Source: Schmidtea polychroa
Taxonomy: Eukaryota
NCBI GenBank assembly: GCA_044892525.1
Contig: CM097885.1
Coordinates: 82,894,001 to 82,958,000, forward strand
DNA length: 64,000 nt
Direction of reading: 5' to 3'
The translations under genes and the position numbers were made by a program. The notes below the pieces were generated by a model, which saw nothing but the letters and a program-made list of their open reading frames with translations, ran no database searches and was not told where the DNA came from. Shown here piece by piece: positions 48,131 to 58,345 of the stretch; positions within the stretch are counted from its first letter, which is position 1; every line of letters begins with the position of its first letter.

Positions 48131-50371
48131 CAAGAATGGTTTTTTGAAATCTGGATGTACTAGTATTGGGGCTTCAATCAATTTATCTCGTAATGTCTCA
48201 AATGCTCTTTGTTGTTCTGCACCCCAAATAAATGAAATATCTTTTTTCACTAATTCCTGGATTGGTTTCGCAACACTTGCGTAGTTTTTAATGAATTTCC
48301 GATAATATCCGCATAATCCGAGGAATTCTTGAACTTGGGTAACAGTTTTTGGTGCTGGACAGGTTTTTATTTTCTCTATATTTCTGGGATCTGGTTCTTT
48401 GCCTTTTGCTGACACTATGTGTCCTAAAAACGTAACTTTCTCTTTTGCCCAATCACATTTTGATGGTTTGAGTTTCAATTTCCATTGTCGTAATCGAATG
48501 AAAACGTTTCTGATATCTTCCAAATGTTGTTCAAATGTTGCTGAATATATTAATAAATCATCAATATATACCATACACTGCTTGATCCCGTGGGTGACAA
48601 AGTTCATGCACCTTTGAAATGATGCTGGGGCATTGGTCAGTCCGAATGGCATTTTCCTGAATTGGTATAGATCTCGACCCAATGTGAATGCTGTTTTCTC
48701 TTTGTCCTCCTCTTTGACTTTGATCTGCCAATATCCGCTCTTTAGATCTAAAGACGTAAAGTATGCGGCCCCCTGTAACATAAGTAACATCTCATTGATG
48801 TCTGGTAATGGGTATGTGTCTCTTTTCGTTACTGCATTTAGTTTCCGATAATCGATACAGAATCTCTGTGTACCGTCCTTTTTCTTCACCATGACTACCG
48901 GAAATTGCCATGGTGAACAACTTGGTTCGATCACTTGTGCGTCTAACATCTTTTGTACTTCTGCTTCGGCTATCTCTTTCTGTTTTTCGGCTAGTTTGTA
49001 TGGACGTAGTGCAATCGGGGTTTCGTCTATTAAGGGTATTGCGTGTAATGTGACATCGCATGCTCCCAAATCTATATCCGAAATGGCGAATATATCTTTA
49101 TATTCTATCAGTAATTGTTGAAGTTTTTCCTTTTCCTTCTCCGTTAGCAAGGTGCTATCAATTATCCATAATTCGTCAGCTTTCATTGTTTCGTTGGTGA
49201 CTTTTGGTAATTCAATATCCATCATGGGTGTCAATCTACCCAATCTTTCATTTTCATATATGATCTTGTCTTCTTCCTCGAAATTCGTGATGTTGATTGG
49301 TATTTCCTCTTCTTCATTTATGGTTATTATTTCTCTTGCTAATGGTAATTCTCGTCTTTTCTCGAATGATTTGCTTGGCTCAAAGATAGCTTCCCCTTCT
49401 AATCCAGTATCTACTTTTATTTGACATATCATCTGTGATTTCGCTGGTACGATTATTTTCTCCGGGCATCTGATTATTGCGTTCATCTTGCATATTCTAC
49501 CCATTTTATCTTTCAGACACATTGTTGTTAGATCGATTACTACTTCCTTGAACAGTTCCGGCATTAAATCTGTTCCGATGATGCATGGTTCGCTAAGTTT
49601 GGGTATTACTGCCAGGTAAGTTTCGATTTCATTATCTTGATATCGCAACGTGGTCCACCATCTTCCTACTACATCCACGGTTTCTTTACTGCATGCAATA
49701 ATATGAATAGTTGTTTGTTCGATGTCTTTCCAATATTTACTGGGTATTTGGTTTATTGCTATTGCTGATACATTCGCTCCAGTGTCTATCATTGCGCTCG
49801 TCTCTTTCCCGTTGATTTGGATCATGACTGTTACTGCTGCTCCTCCTGGTGAGCTCATTACTGCTATTGTTCTTACGTCATCGGCTTGGTCTACGCTTTT
49901 GGTCCTTCTAGTTGGCATATAATTCATTCCTGGTTGACTTGGTAACTGTGGATACATATTTTGTGTCATGGTCAAAGCTGTTTGTTGTCCAACGATATCC
50001 GGTGGTATATAACTTCCGTTGGCTATCCAGGTATTTGTTTTTTCTTTCTCCCAGTATGGTGCTGTTTCTATTTGCTTTTCGTTCGGGTTTCTGCTTGGGT
50101 ACGGATATTTGTCATTCCCGTTATCATCATCATCACTATCACTGCTGTTTGATCGATTTCTAAATCTGTCTAAAAATTTTGGTTTGTTCTTTTTTAGTTG
50201 CGCCCTCGTTGCTTCATCATACATTGTTTTCCGGAATCGTCTGCCAACTTCCTCGTCAGTCCCTTTTATTTTTGTCAGTATTTTGATTAATCGTTTTATT
50301 CTGTGTATATCTTTTGAATGACCGTGTAACACCATTGTTTTCGCCAAAAATGGTAGGAAGCCTACTATCAA
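48128..50371 (-). CDS. pol: Glycoprotein tail, aspartic protease and reverse transcriptase
   Basis: MIDTGANVS and CIIGTDL protease; PWQFPVVMVKKKDG, FCIDYRKLN, LDLKSGYWQ, MPFGLTNAP, YIDD RT. Confidence 0.97.
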   Translation of the reverse strand: MIVGFLPFLAKTMVLHGHSKDIHRIKRLIKILTKIKGTDEEVGRRFRKTMYDEATRAQLKKNKPKFLDRFRNRSNSSDSDDDDNGNDKYPYPSRNPNEKQIETAPYWEKEKTNTWIANGSYIPPDIVGQQTALTMTQNMYPQLPSQPGMNYMPTRRTKSVDQADDVRTIAVMSSPGGAAVTVMIQINGKETSAMIDTGANVSAIAINQIPSKYWKDIEQTTIHIIACSKETVDVVGRWWTTLRYQDNEIETYLAVIPKLSEPCIIGTDLMPELFKEVVIDLTTMCLKDKMGRICKMNAIIRCPEKIIVPAKSQMICQIKVDTGLEGEAIFEPSKSFEKRRELPLAREIITINEEEEIPINITNFEEEDKIIYENERLGRLTPMMDIELPKVTNETMKADELWIIDSTLLTEKEKEKLQQLLIEYKDIFAISDIDLGACDVTLHAIPLIDETPIALRPYKLAEKQKEIAEAEVQKMLDAQVIEPSCSPWQFPVVMVKKKDGTQRFCIDYRKLNAVTKRDTYPLPDINEMLLMLQGAAYFTSLDLKSGYWQIKVKEEDKEKTAFTLGRDLYQFRKMPFGLTNAPASFQRCMNFVTHGIKQCMVYIDDLLIYSATFEQHLEDIRNVFIRLRQWKLKLKPSKCDWAKEKVTFLGHIVSAKGKEPDPRNIEKIKTCPAPKTVTQVQEFLGLCGYYRKFIKNYASVAKPIQELVKKDISFIWGAEQQRAFETLRDKLIEAPILVHPDFKKPFL

Positions 50372-52230
50372 TTTCCAATTTACTTTCTTTCTCTCTTATA
50401 GATATCAAAACACGCTAACATTTGAGTCAATATTACTCTGACAATCTGAATAATTAAGATGATTCCCAGTATTCCTGCCATCATTTGACCGAACACTAGA
50501 AATCTTCCCCACATTGCTTTCATCATGTTCGACGTGGCTTGTTGAAAATGATCTGGTGATAATAATAGTTCATAATTGGGACCTGATTGGAAATTTGTTC
50601 CACCAGTTATGGTAACCATATTTGATAAAATGGATTCTCGCCTTGCTGGGAATAGTACGTTTAGTCATGCTGTTTCTAAATCCTCTGGTGAGTACATACC
50701 TGCTTTTGACACATCAATTGGTTTGAAATTTTGTTCTGTTGCGAGTTCTATTAATCCAAACTTTTTAGGTTCTTGTACTTCGGTTTTTACCGGTAACATT
50801 ATCCATTTCCCATCGGGTTTTTCATAATATGGTCCGTATGCATTTGAACAGTTAAAGGTGTTCGGATAAAATCCAATTTGGTTCATGATTCTAGTGACGG
50901 GTTGAACGAATCTATTCTGCCCTTTGTAACTAATTTCTAATTCGTTTGGACATTTTCCTGGTGGAATTGTGGGTTTTCTTGGCATTCGCGCAAACGTCTT
51001 GGTACATGCATATGTATACATCACCTCTCCTACCATCCTGCCAAAATGTCCATCCGGTAACGGGAGTGATGGCATCGTGTTATCTGGGTGTGTTATTGCG
51101 ATGACTAATTTTGTTTTTAGTATCTCTTTATTCAATGAACAGTCATTTTGTATGAGATCGTAATATACTTTTTGCATTGTCGTTTGTCCTCGATGAAATA
51201 AAAAGTCCATTTTGTTATTGGCATACAGGTACAGCTTTACGTCCTCTGTTGATATCTTCCCCACTGCTCGGTCTATTACTTGTCTTGACATGTAAATGCC
51301 TGCGTAGTTGGTTCTGTATACTATGCTGTCACATTTGGTGGTCTCTTTTTCTCTGATGAACCTCATACCTATATCCGGATCATCTGTAATTAGTGCCGTT
51401 GGTGTTTTTTGTGTTGTGAGTCTTTTTTCTTTGGGTGATGGGGGAACTGGTTTTCCATTTCGCATCCTTACGTTTCCATTCTCTTCATCGTCATCTTCGT
51501 TTTCATAAATTTCTCCTTTTACTTCATTGAATAAAGCACTTTTTAACAGTTGGAGTCGGCATTTTTGGGTGTTAGCTTCATATATTATGGTCGAAATTCC
51601 CGTCCTACACACGTTTTCCGTAGCTCTGCATGCTGGGTTGGTTTTCATTTGATAATTATTTGCGTCGAATTGCGCTTCGTATTCCTTCAACTCCACTGTG
51701 TAGGATTCGATTACTACTACCCCCGATATCACCTCTCCTCTGATCGTGTAGGTGCCCCCGTTGCATGATCCATCAGTTGATTTTACTCGTCCGGCTACAT
51801 AGATGCTTTCAGTCTTGATCATTCCGCTTTGTCCGTGTATTGTTACTCCATCTCTGATTCTCATCGCTCCGGTTCTAAAAAGCTCTTTACAGTCTTCTCG
51901 TTGTATAGGTACTATTTCTTTATATAATCCGGGTAGTATGAGAGTTGAATATGAATATTGCCCACAGTAATATGCCAACACCTTCTTTGATATTACGCAT
52001 TCTCTTGCTTGTGTTCGGATAAAATCTGACTCTTGATATACGTGATAGGAGACTTTCTTTTTTACTATATCTAATTTATTCGGAGACGCCTGTCTACATT
52101 CCTCTATATCTCTCAGCGAGTACTTTTCTCCCATTACTGAATTGTCACAGTCGTAAATTGTAAATCCTGCTGCTCCGCTTGTGCATAGCATCCATATCAT
52201 CATGGTCATCATTAAAGAGTTGATCGATGC
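50340..52230 (-). CDS. env: Env-like class III fusion glycoprotein (chuvirus G / gB-like) with signal peptide and TM
   Basis: Signal-like MMTMMIWMLCTSGAAG then FTIYDC..YSLRDIEEC..C..YCG..DC..G..AG..DGSC.G..YANNKMD..C..GEVMY..C..C..EL..F.QP.TRI..C..Y..GKW; TM FLVFGQMMAGILGIILII; one in-frame TGA at 50665. Confidence 0.82.
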
Positions 52231-54726
52231 TTTCCTGCTGGCTGGGTCTTTCATTGGCAATTCCCATTCTAGTTCGTTTAGCAACTTCTTCAACCGAATT
52301 TGCATTGATCTCTCTTGTTCGTTTTTTCGTGGCGCTTGTATAAGCCTTTTCCACCCGCCGGCGCGGATAATATGTGGCTCAATTGTATTTTCAATGATCG
52401 TAACTGTCATTTCTACATGGTTTGCGAATTGTTTGTTAGGTATTTTCCTTGCTGCTAATCCCATCAAATTGTACATTAGATACGTTAATACCACTAGATG
52501 ATGTTCGTCGTCGTTCGCGTTTAGAGTTAATTGTTCAATTACTCTCCTTGTCTCTTCCCAATCTGTTTTAGTGGTTTTTGTTTTCTCTTTGATTAATTTC
52601 GGAATTATTCCGGATATTGTATTCCATAGTTGTCTGGCGTCTACGCTTGCTACTTTTCGTTGCCATAACCGTCGCAATTGTAGGTTTGTTATTATTAACA
52701 TATCCTTTACTAGCTCTCGTATCCATTTTTCACCTCTTTCGATTGTTGGTTGGGCCTCTCTCAGATCCCACACTATTTTATCCAGTTTCTCCAATCTGAT
52801 TTGTCCTTGTTCTTGTTTTAGTTGTTCTCTGTTTTTAAATTCTGGTTTTTCTCCTTGCTTCCTAGGTCTTCCTTTTGCCCGTTTCTCCATCATTGTTCCA
52901 GCTTCCCTTGTCATTACGTAACTCGGGTTTCTCTCATTATCTGTTCTTGGTAATGAGCTATCGTTGTTTCTCAGCCACTCATTCCATTCGTCTATTATTT
53001 TGTCCGTTTGACCTTCTGGTGTTACTTTTGTTGGTCCTTTTTGTCGTTGGAATTGTTCGTCGGTTTCGGTTTCGGTTTTATTATCGATAATCTCCTCGAT
53101 ACTCAGCTTACTTGGTTGTTGATAGCTAGTTGACGGTTGGTCTGTGGTCCAGATTTCTGCCCCTGTCGGCCATCTCACCAGAATTGGTGATCTTTCTTCC
53201 GCTCCTTCGTCACTATCTTCTAATATGATTTCCTCGATTTCTTCGGTTTCATTTGATTTGCTTGGCACCTTGTCAGGACTTGGTGTACTTAAGCTACCTT
53301 TCGTGGTTTTACTGGATTTGGTTTTCTTTTTGATTGGTTTTCCCAACGTTTCTGCCAGTGTCAATATATTGATCTCCCCCAGTCTCATGGGTGTTATTCC
53401 GACGTCTGCATTATCATCTAATGATTTTCCGAATAACTGTAGGTGAAATGGAGTTTCGTAGGCTAGTTTATTTTTTAATTCCCTGATCTTCGTTGTTGGG
53501 TGCACTTCTATATCCTCAATGCTTTTGTCGGGATACTTGACTCGGATACTATATCTTTCTTGGGTATCTTGTGCCCACTCTTGATTCCTCCATTTTCTAA
53601 TGATTTGTTCTAGCTGTTCTGGATACCATTCGTTATACTGTCGGTATTCCTCTATCGCTTTCGCCATTTCTCTTAGATTGTGGATATTCTCTGATGTCTT
53701 TAGGATGATGTTGGCCAATGCTATTACCTGTCGTTTTTGATTTTTTGCTCCCATTGCTAAGATATCACCTAATTGTTTGTATCTTTCCTTCTCTTCTCGC
53801 TCTCGGGCTTCTATCGCTTCCTCACTGTCCATGTCGGCATATTCGCGTTCCTTCTTTCTCATCGCATGAATATGTCTGGTTTCCGTTTCACTTTCGGACG
53901 TGACGTCCGCTTCGCTTTCGCCGTCCGATACCGGTTCTACTTCGTCCTCTTCGTATTTTGGAGGTTCATCTTCCTCTTCTTCTGATTCACTTTCTGTCTC
54001 GCCAATGTCTGTTTCTACGAAAATTCCTTTCCTGACTTCCCACTCTTTATTTTCCGCATTCCACGCCCTTTCCCATGGGGTTCGTCTGCAAGATCTAGTA
54101 CTCAGTTTTTTTATTTTTCCTTGTAGCTCCTTCTCTTTTAGCCATTGTTGATGAATTTCAATTATCTCTACTGATTTTTGGTATAGCGTTTTCATCCTGT
54201 CTCGTATCTCTTTCTGGTATGTTACATCTCTTGTTCTGAATTCGTCCATGGGCAATATTCTAATTATTTGGTGATTATCCCACATTCCCATTTCGCTTAA
54301 CGAGGTATCGTCCTCTGCCCGTAATATTATTTTATCGTACATCATGACTACGTCATCTATCATGCCATCACTACTCTCGCTTCGTACTTTTTCCGTTACC
54401 TCTTGGTTTATCTTTGATACTAAGTCATCCACCGTACTCTGATTGCTCATTTTTATTCGTCGTTTCTCCTCGTTTGGTAACCATATGGTTATTTCCAATT
54501 TCTTTAGTTGCGTTTCTTTTAACCTTCCATATTTGTGGATCAAATTTATGGTTCTCCAATCGCTCATCCTGAGCAATTCTGTATCTCGTAATCGGCTCAT
54601 TAGTTCATGCATAGCTGGGGTTCGTTTTGCTATGAGCAAATCCCAGTTATCTTCAACTTGTTCTTGGATTTGTTTGATTAGTTTATCTAGATTTCGTCTT
54701 AAGGTGCATTGTTTTATTTTTTCCAA
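50665..54726 (-). CDS. Polyprotein segment: ubiquitin-like domains, acidic linkers, Bcl-2-like domain, glycoprotein ectodomain
   Basis: 1353-aa ORF; UBL-like at ~54500-54250 and ~53555-53360; BH2-like IEPHIIRAGGWKRL with GGW at 52351-52359. Confidence 0.8.
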   Translation of the reverse strand: MEKIKQCTLRRNLDKLIKQIQEQVEDNWDLLIAKRTPAMHELMSRLRDTELLRMSDWRTINLIHKYGRLKETQLKKLEITIWLPNEEKRRIKMSNQSTVDDLVSKINQEVTEKVRSESSDGMIDDVVMMYDKIILRAEDDTSLSEMGMWDNHQIIRILPMDEFRTRDVTYQKEIRDRMKTLYQKSVEIIEIHQQWLKEKELQGKIKKLSTRSCRRTPWERAWNAENKEWEVRKGIFVETDIGETESESEEEEDEPPKYEEDEVEPVSDGESEADVTSESETETRHIHAMRKKEREYADMDSEEAIEAREREEKERYKQLGDILAMGAKNQKRQVIALANIILKTSENIHNLREMAKAIEEYRQYNEWYPEQLEQIIRKWRNQEWAQDTQERYSIRVKYPDKSIEDIEVHPTTKIRELKNKLAYETPFHLQLFGKSLDDNADVGITPMRLGEINILTLAETLGKPIKKKTKSSKTTKGSLSTPSPDKVPSKSNETEEIEEIILEDSDEGAEERSPILVRWPTGAEIWTTDQPSTSYQQPSKLSIEEIIDNKTETETDEQFQRQKGPTKVTPEGQTDKIIDEWNEWLRNNDSSLPRTDNERNPSYVMTREAGTMMEKRAKGRPRKQGEKPEFKNREQLKQEQGQIRLEKLDKIVWDLREAQPTIERGEKWIRELVKDMLIITNLQLRRLWQRKVASVDARQLWNTISGIIPKLIKEKTKTTKTDWEETRRVIEQLTLNANDDEHHLVVLTYLMYNLMGLAARKIPNKQFANHVEMTVTIIENTIEPHIIRAGGWKRLIQAPRKNEQERSMQIRLKKLLNELEWELPMKDPASRKASINSLMMTMMIWMLCTSGAAGFTIYDCDNSVMGEKYSLRDIEECRQASPNKLDIVKKKVSYHVYQESDFIRTQARECVISKKVLAYYCGQYSYSTLILPGLYKEIVPIQREDCKELFRTGAMRIRDGVTIHGQSGMIKTESIYVAGRVKSTDGSCNGGTYTIRGEVISGVVVIESYTVELKEYEAQFDANNYQMKTNPACRATENVCRTGISTIIYEANTQKCRLQLLKSALFNEVKGEIYENEDDDEENGNVRMRNGKPVPPSPKEKRLTTQKTPTALITDDPDIGMRFIREKETTKCDSIVYRTNYAGIYMSRQVIDRAVGKISTEDVKLYLYANNKMDFLFHRGQTTMQKVYYDLIQNDCSLNKEILKTKLVIAITHPDNTMPSLPLPDGHFGRMVGEVMYTYACTKTFARMPRKPTIPPGKCPNELEISYKGQNRFVQPVTRIMNQIGFYPNTFNCSNAYGPYYEKPDGKWIMLPVKTEVQEPKKFGLIELATEQNFKPIDVSKAGMYSPEDLETA

Positions 54727-54728
54727 TT

Positions 54729-55600
54729 TCAGCTTGATATTAAAATCGTATTCGGCTTGGCGTCTTTAGCCCATTCATGAACATTGGTTGGTTGTTTCTC
54801 TTTATGCAACTTTAATATTTGGGTTTCTCCTGGCCAGATCAATGCATCTATTAAGTGCATGTCTGGTTTAATTTGTTCCCCTTGATATTGATACAGGTAT
54901 TCTTTCTTTCTTGAACTGCCCAAATGTTCTCTTATCCAATCGAAAAGCTCGTCTGTAACTATTTCTTATCCATATTCTCTCGAGCCCTTTACTCGTTCCG
55001 ACTTTTATTACGTAGTGTGTTGTCTCCGCTTGTTTCATCTTTTCCATATATTTCTTTATTATCGTTTTTTCCTCGCTTGGTATTAAATCTTTTTCGTTTC
55101 TTTCTAGTTTCATTATCTTTTGTAGGACGCGTCTATATGGTATAATGAAAATAAATTCCTGGTTTCTTACCACCACTGGAAGTATTTCTTTTACTTGTTT
55201 TATCGCTTCTTCTCTTTCTTTTCTCAATTTCATCTCGATATTCTCATCTTCACTTTCACTTGTCACGTCGCTTTCACTGTCATCTTCATCTGCTCCGATC
55301 TTTTCTCTTAGTTGTTCGATATTTTCATTTAACTGGAATATTTCTCCGCCAAGGCTACTCACATAATCCTCATCGTCATCCGTTGATAATACCTTCTTTG
55401 TCGTCCTCATCATATTAATTCGTAGATTTCGCATTCTTGGTACTTTCTTTAACTTCTTATGCTCGAATATCGTTAAATCTTCTGAGTCTGATTCTTGTAT
55501 CATATCATGATTTAGATGATTAATCTGTTTCCCATTTTCGTTATTTTCTGCTTCCGTTTCTGTTTTGATTTTCTCGTGTTCCCTTTCGATTTTATCTTTT
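54729..55600 (-). CDS. Polyprotein segment after gag with SUMO/ubiquitin-like domain (frameshifted)
   Basis: Joining the 211-aa and 64-aa ORFs gives HYVIKVGTSKG..FRL....KEYLYQYQGEQIKPDMHLIDALIWPGETQIL, a beta-grasp-like pattern. Confidence 0.55.
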
Positions 55601-55640
55601 ATCTTTTTCCAGAATATCTTCTGAATTCTCTGATTTCCTT

Positions 55641-57340
55641 TTAACGGTGTTGTTGGATTTTCTTTTTTAGCTGCTGTAATCGTTCCTTTGGTTTCTCTGG
55701 TTCGATCAATGGGACTACTCTTGGATTTTTCCCATAATTATAGCAATACTGCTCTTTTATCTCTTTTACCATTCTCATCATATTTATTCGTAATGGTTGT
55801 TCTTGTCGCTGCTGAATTCGCTCTCTTTTTATTCTTTCTTCTTCAGCTTGTAGTCTCTGCCATTCTTGTGCATGTTGTTGTACTTCATAATTGTTAAGAT
55901 TCTCGGTGCTCCTCATCATACGTATATTCTGAGTTTGTTGTGGTGCTGGTTCTTGTCTTGGTCTCATCATTTGTTGCATCATTTGTTTCATTTGGGAAAT
56001 TTCTTGCATTACATTCATTTGTTTCCCCTCACTGGGGTTACCTTGTCGTTGCGGATTTGGTGTATAATTATTATTCCGTTGTGGTGGTCGTTGTTGTTGA
56101 CTCCTTTCTCGGCATTCTCTTGAGATATGACCTGGTTGACCACAGTTAAAACATGTTCTCATTTGGCATATGTTTTCCGTGTGCCCTCGTCGTCCACACC
56201 TACTGCAATTTGCGTTTCGGTAACAATCTCTATTCCAATGCCCTGGTTTACCGCATGTTCGGCATTGTTTGTTATCGTTCGCATTTCGTCGATTATTAAA
56301 ATTGTTCCCATTATTTGAGTTGTTGCGTTCGTTGTTATTCCCGTTTGATCGTCCGTGTGGTGGTTTGAAAATTTGATGCGCACCTGGTATAAACTGATTC
56401 ATCTTTGGTTCGTGATTGTTGTCATCTCCATTTTCCGTTTTCACTGTTGCTGTTGCGATTCTTCCCTCCTCTTGCATGACATTCATTTGTGCTGGGAGGT
56501 GTAGTTCGCATCTTGTGGCCCAATCTATGGCCTCTTCTAGTGTTTTACACATTTGACATCCCACCGAGGCTCTTACCTCTTCCCGGCGTAGTCCTTCTAT
56601 GAAATACCCAATTAAAATTTCCTCCGGCAAGTTTCCGTTCATGGCCTTTTTTGCCAATCTTCGCAATTCGCTTGCGTATAACGTTATTGACTCGTTTGCT
56701 CTTTGTTTTCTACTTCCCAGTTCGCTTAACGCTTGATTTATTGGTTTGCTGGCTCCGAAGGTTTTCCTCAGGAATGTTTTGATATCGTCCCATTTATCTA
56801 ATTTCGTATTTCTTTCTTTAGCTTCTAAGTACACTTCTAATGCGCTATCGCATAAAAACAACGGCATCCTTTTGCTAACTGCTTCAGATGTCCATCCACA
56901 CACATCGATATAGACTTCAAAGTTGGTTATGAACGTTGCCAACTTGTTCGCATTCCCGTTGAACGGTTCGCCTCTAAATTTTTCTTTATACTCGTCGGTT
57001 CTTACCACATTCGTCATGATTGGTTCTTGAAACTCTATTCTTTCTTTTAAATTTTCCAGCGATGTCGCTAAATTATGGACGGATAATTCTTCTGTTGACC
57101 CGGTTAGGTTGTTTGTTATATCAGATAGGCTTTCTCTGCTTCTAGATCGACTGGGCGTATATCCGGCTGTGGGGTTTTCTTGATCGTATATCTGTGTTTT
57201 GTTAGTTCTTTTTGCTCCTTGTGATATTCCTCTCTGATGCCTAAATGATCGTCCTTTTTTGAGTTGGTCTAATTCGTCTCCTGAAAATAATACGTCTCCT
57301 CGCTTACTTGAAGATCTAAGGTTGGGTTTATCCGTGATTC
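55641..57340 (-). CDS. gag: Gag (capsid plus three CCHC zinc knuckles)
   Basis: FNG....FITNFE..W.....LFL.DSAL capsid pattern, QRANESITLY..LRRLA; CRTCGKPGHWNRDC, CSRCGRRGHTENIC, CFNCGQPGHISREC; frame open without ATG up to ~57340. Confidence 0.95.
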
Positions 57341-57865
57341 TTTCTTACTCTTTTCTGTCTTTTCACGTGGATTTTTCTACGGTTAGCGGCTGCTGAATTG
57401 GGCAAGTTCGGTTCTGATAGTGTTTCCTTCGAGGAATATTCCGCGTAATTTCTCGGCTGATTTCCGGAGGAGATATCTGAGTCCTTGATTGACTTCTGCT
57501 AGTACGTCGATGCTAAGTATTTTGATAATTCCGTCGTAGATAAGAATGTCGTTGTTGTCTTCCGTGTTTGGGTGGGTTTGTCTTCTGTTGAGCGGGTTCT
57601 GGATTGGCTTGATTGGCTGGATTGGTCTGATATCTAGAATGAAAAAATGATATCGTGTTGCATTTGCTTACACGAATCAATCATTCCTTTTTGCCACATT
57701 CAAGCACAGACACCGTTTTAGGGCCTCTGTTATGCTCCTCTTCTTTTCCCCATATAATTCCTCGTGGACTATAATTACCCATCAACCCATAGTTTTCGTC
57801 GATTTTAAATTATCTATATGGGGTAGTCACAATTATCTATATGGTCGTATTAATTATCTACAGTG

Positions 57866-58345
57866 CTAACTGAAGTAAATCGTGTTCTTCTCCTTTATCA
57901 CACATACACATAAAGAACAATGCGTTAAACTGACGGCGCATTCGTCACAATGGCTAAGGTGTCCACAAGGTAGAATTAGAATTCTGGCAGGTCGCGTCTT
58001 ACAAATGTTACAAGTTCTCAAGGCCGCTGCTTTCTCTACTATCGATGTTCGTATTCTCTGAGACAGAGTTTTTACTTGTTCGCGTATTCTCACATATTCG
58101 ATGTTCAGAGCGGGGTCGTCGAGTCGTTGCTGCATCCATTGGTAATGGGTAGACAAGTCGGTGTCGGTGTTTGTTGCTCCCAGTTTATTGGTTAAATAAT
58201 TTTGTTTTGATATCAGAGGTGCATCGTGGCGTTGTTGTTCCAGGGTCTCTATTTGTTGCAGTTTTTCCCTTAACGTCTTTATGGAATCGTTTTCTATGTC
58301 GACGAACCGGCTTAGTCGTTGTAAATGTTGTCGGGCTTCTGACAT
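57866..58345 (-). CDS. RING-finger protein (IAP/MDM2-type C3HC4) in the 5' leader
   Basis: Coiled coil then CNICKTRPARILILPCGHLSHCDECAVSLTHCSLC at the extreme C-terminus; acceptor-like TATTTAG 2 nt before ATG. Confidence 0.88.
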   Translation of the reverse strand: MSEARQHLQRLSRFVDIENDSIKTLREKLQQIETLEQQRHDAPLISKQNYLTNKLGATNTDTDLSTHYQWMQQRLDDPALNIEYVRIREQVKTLSQRIRTSIVEKAAALRTCNICKTRPARILILPCGHLSHCDECAVSLTHCSLCVCVIKEKNTIYFS

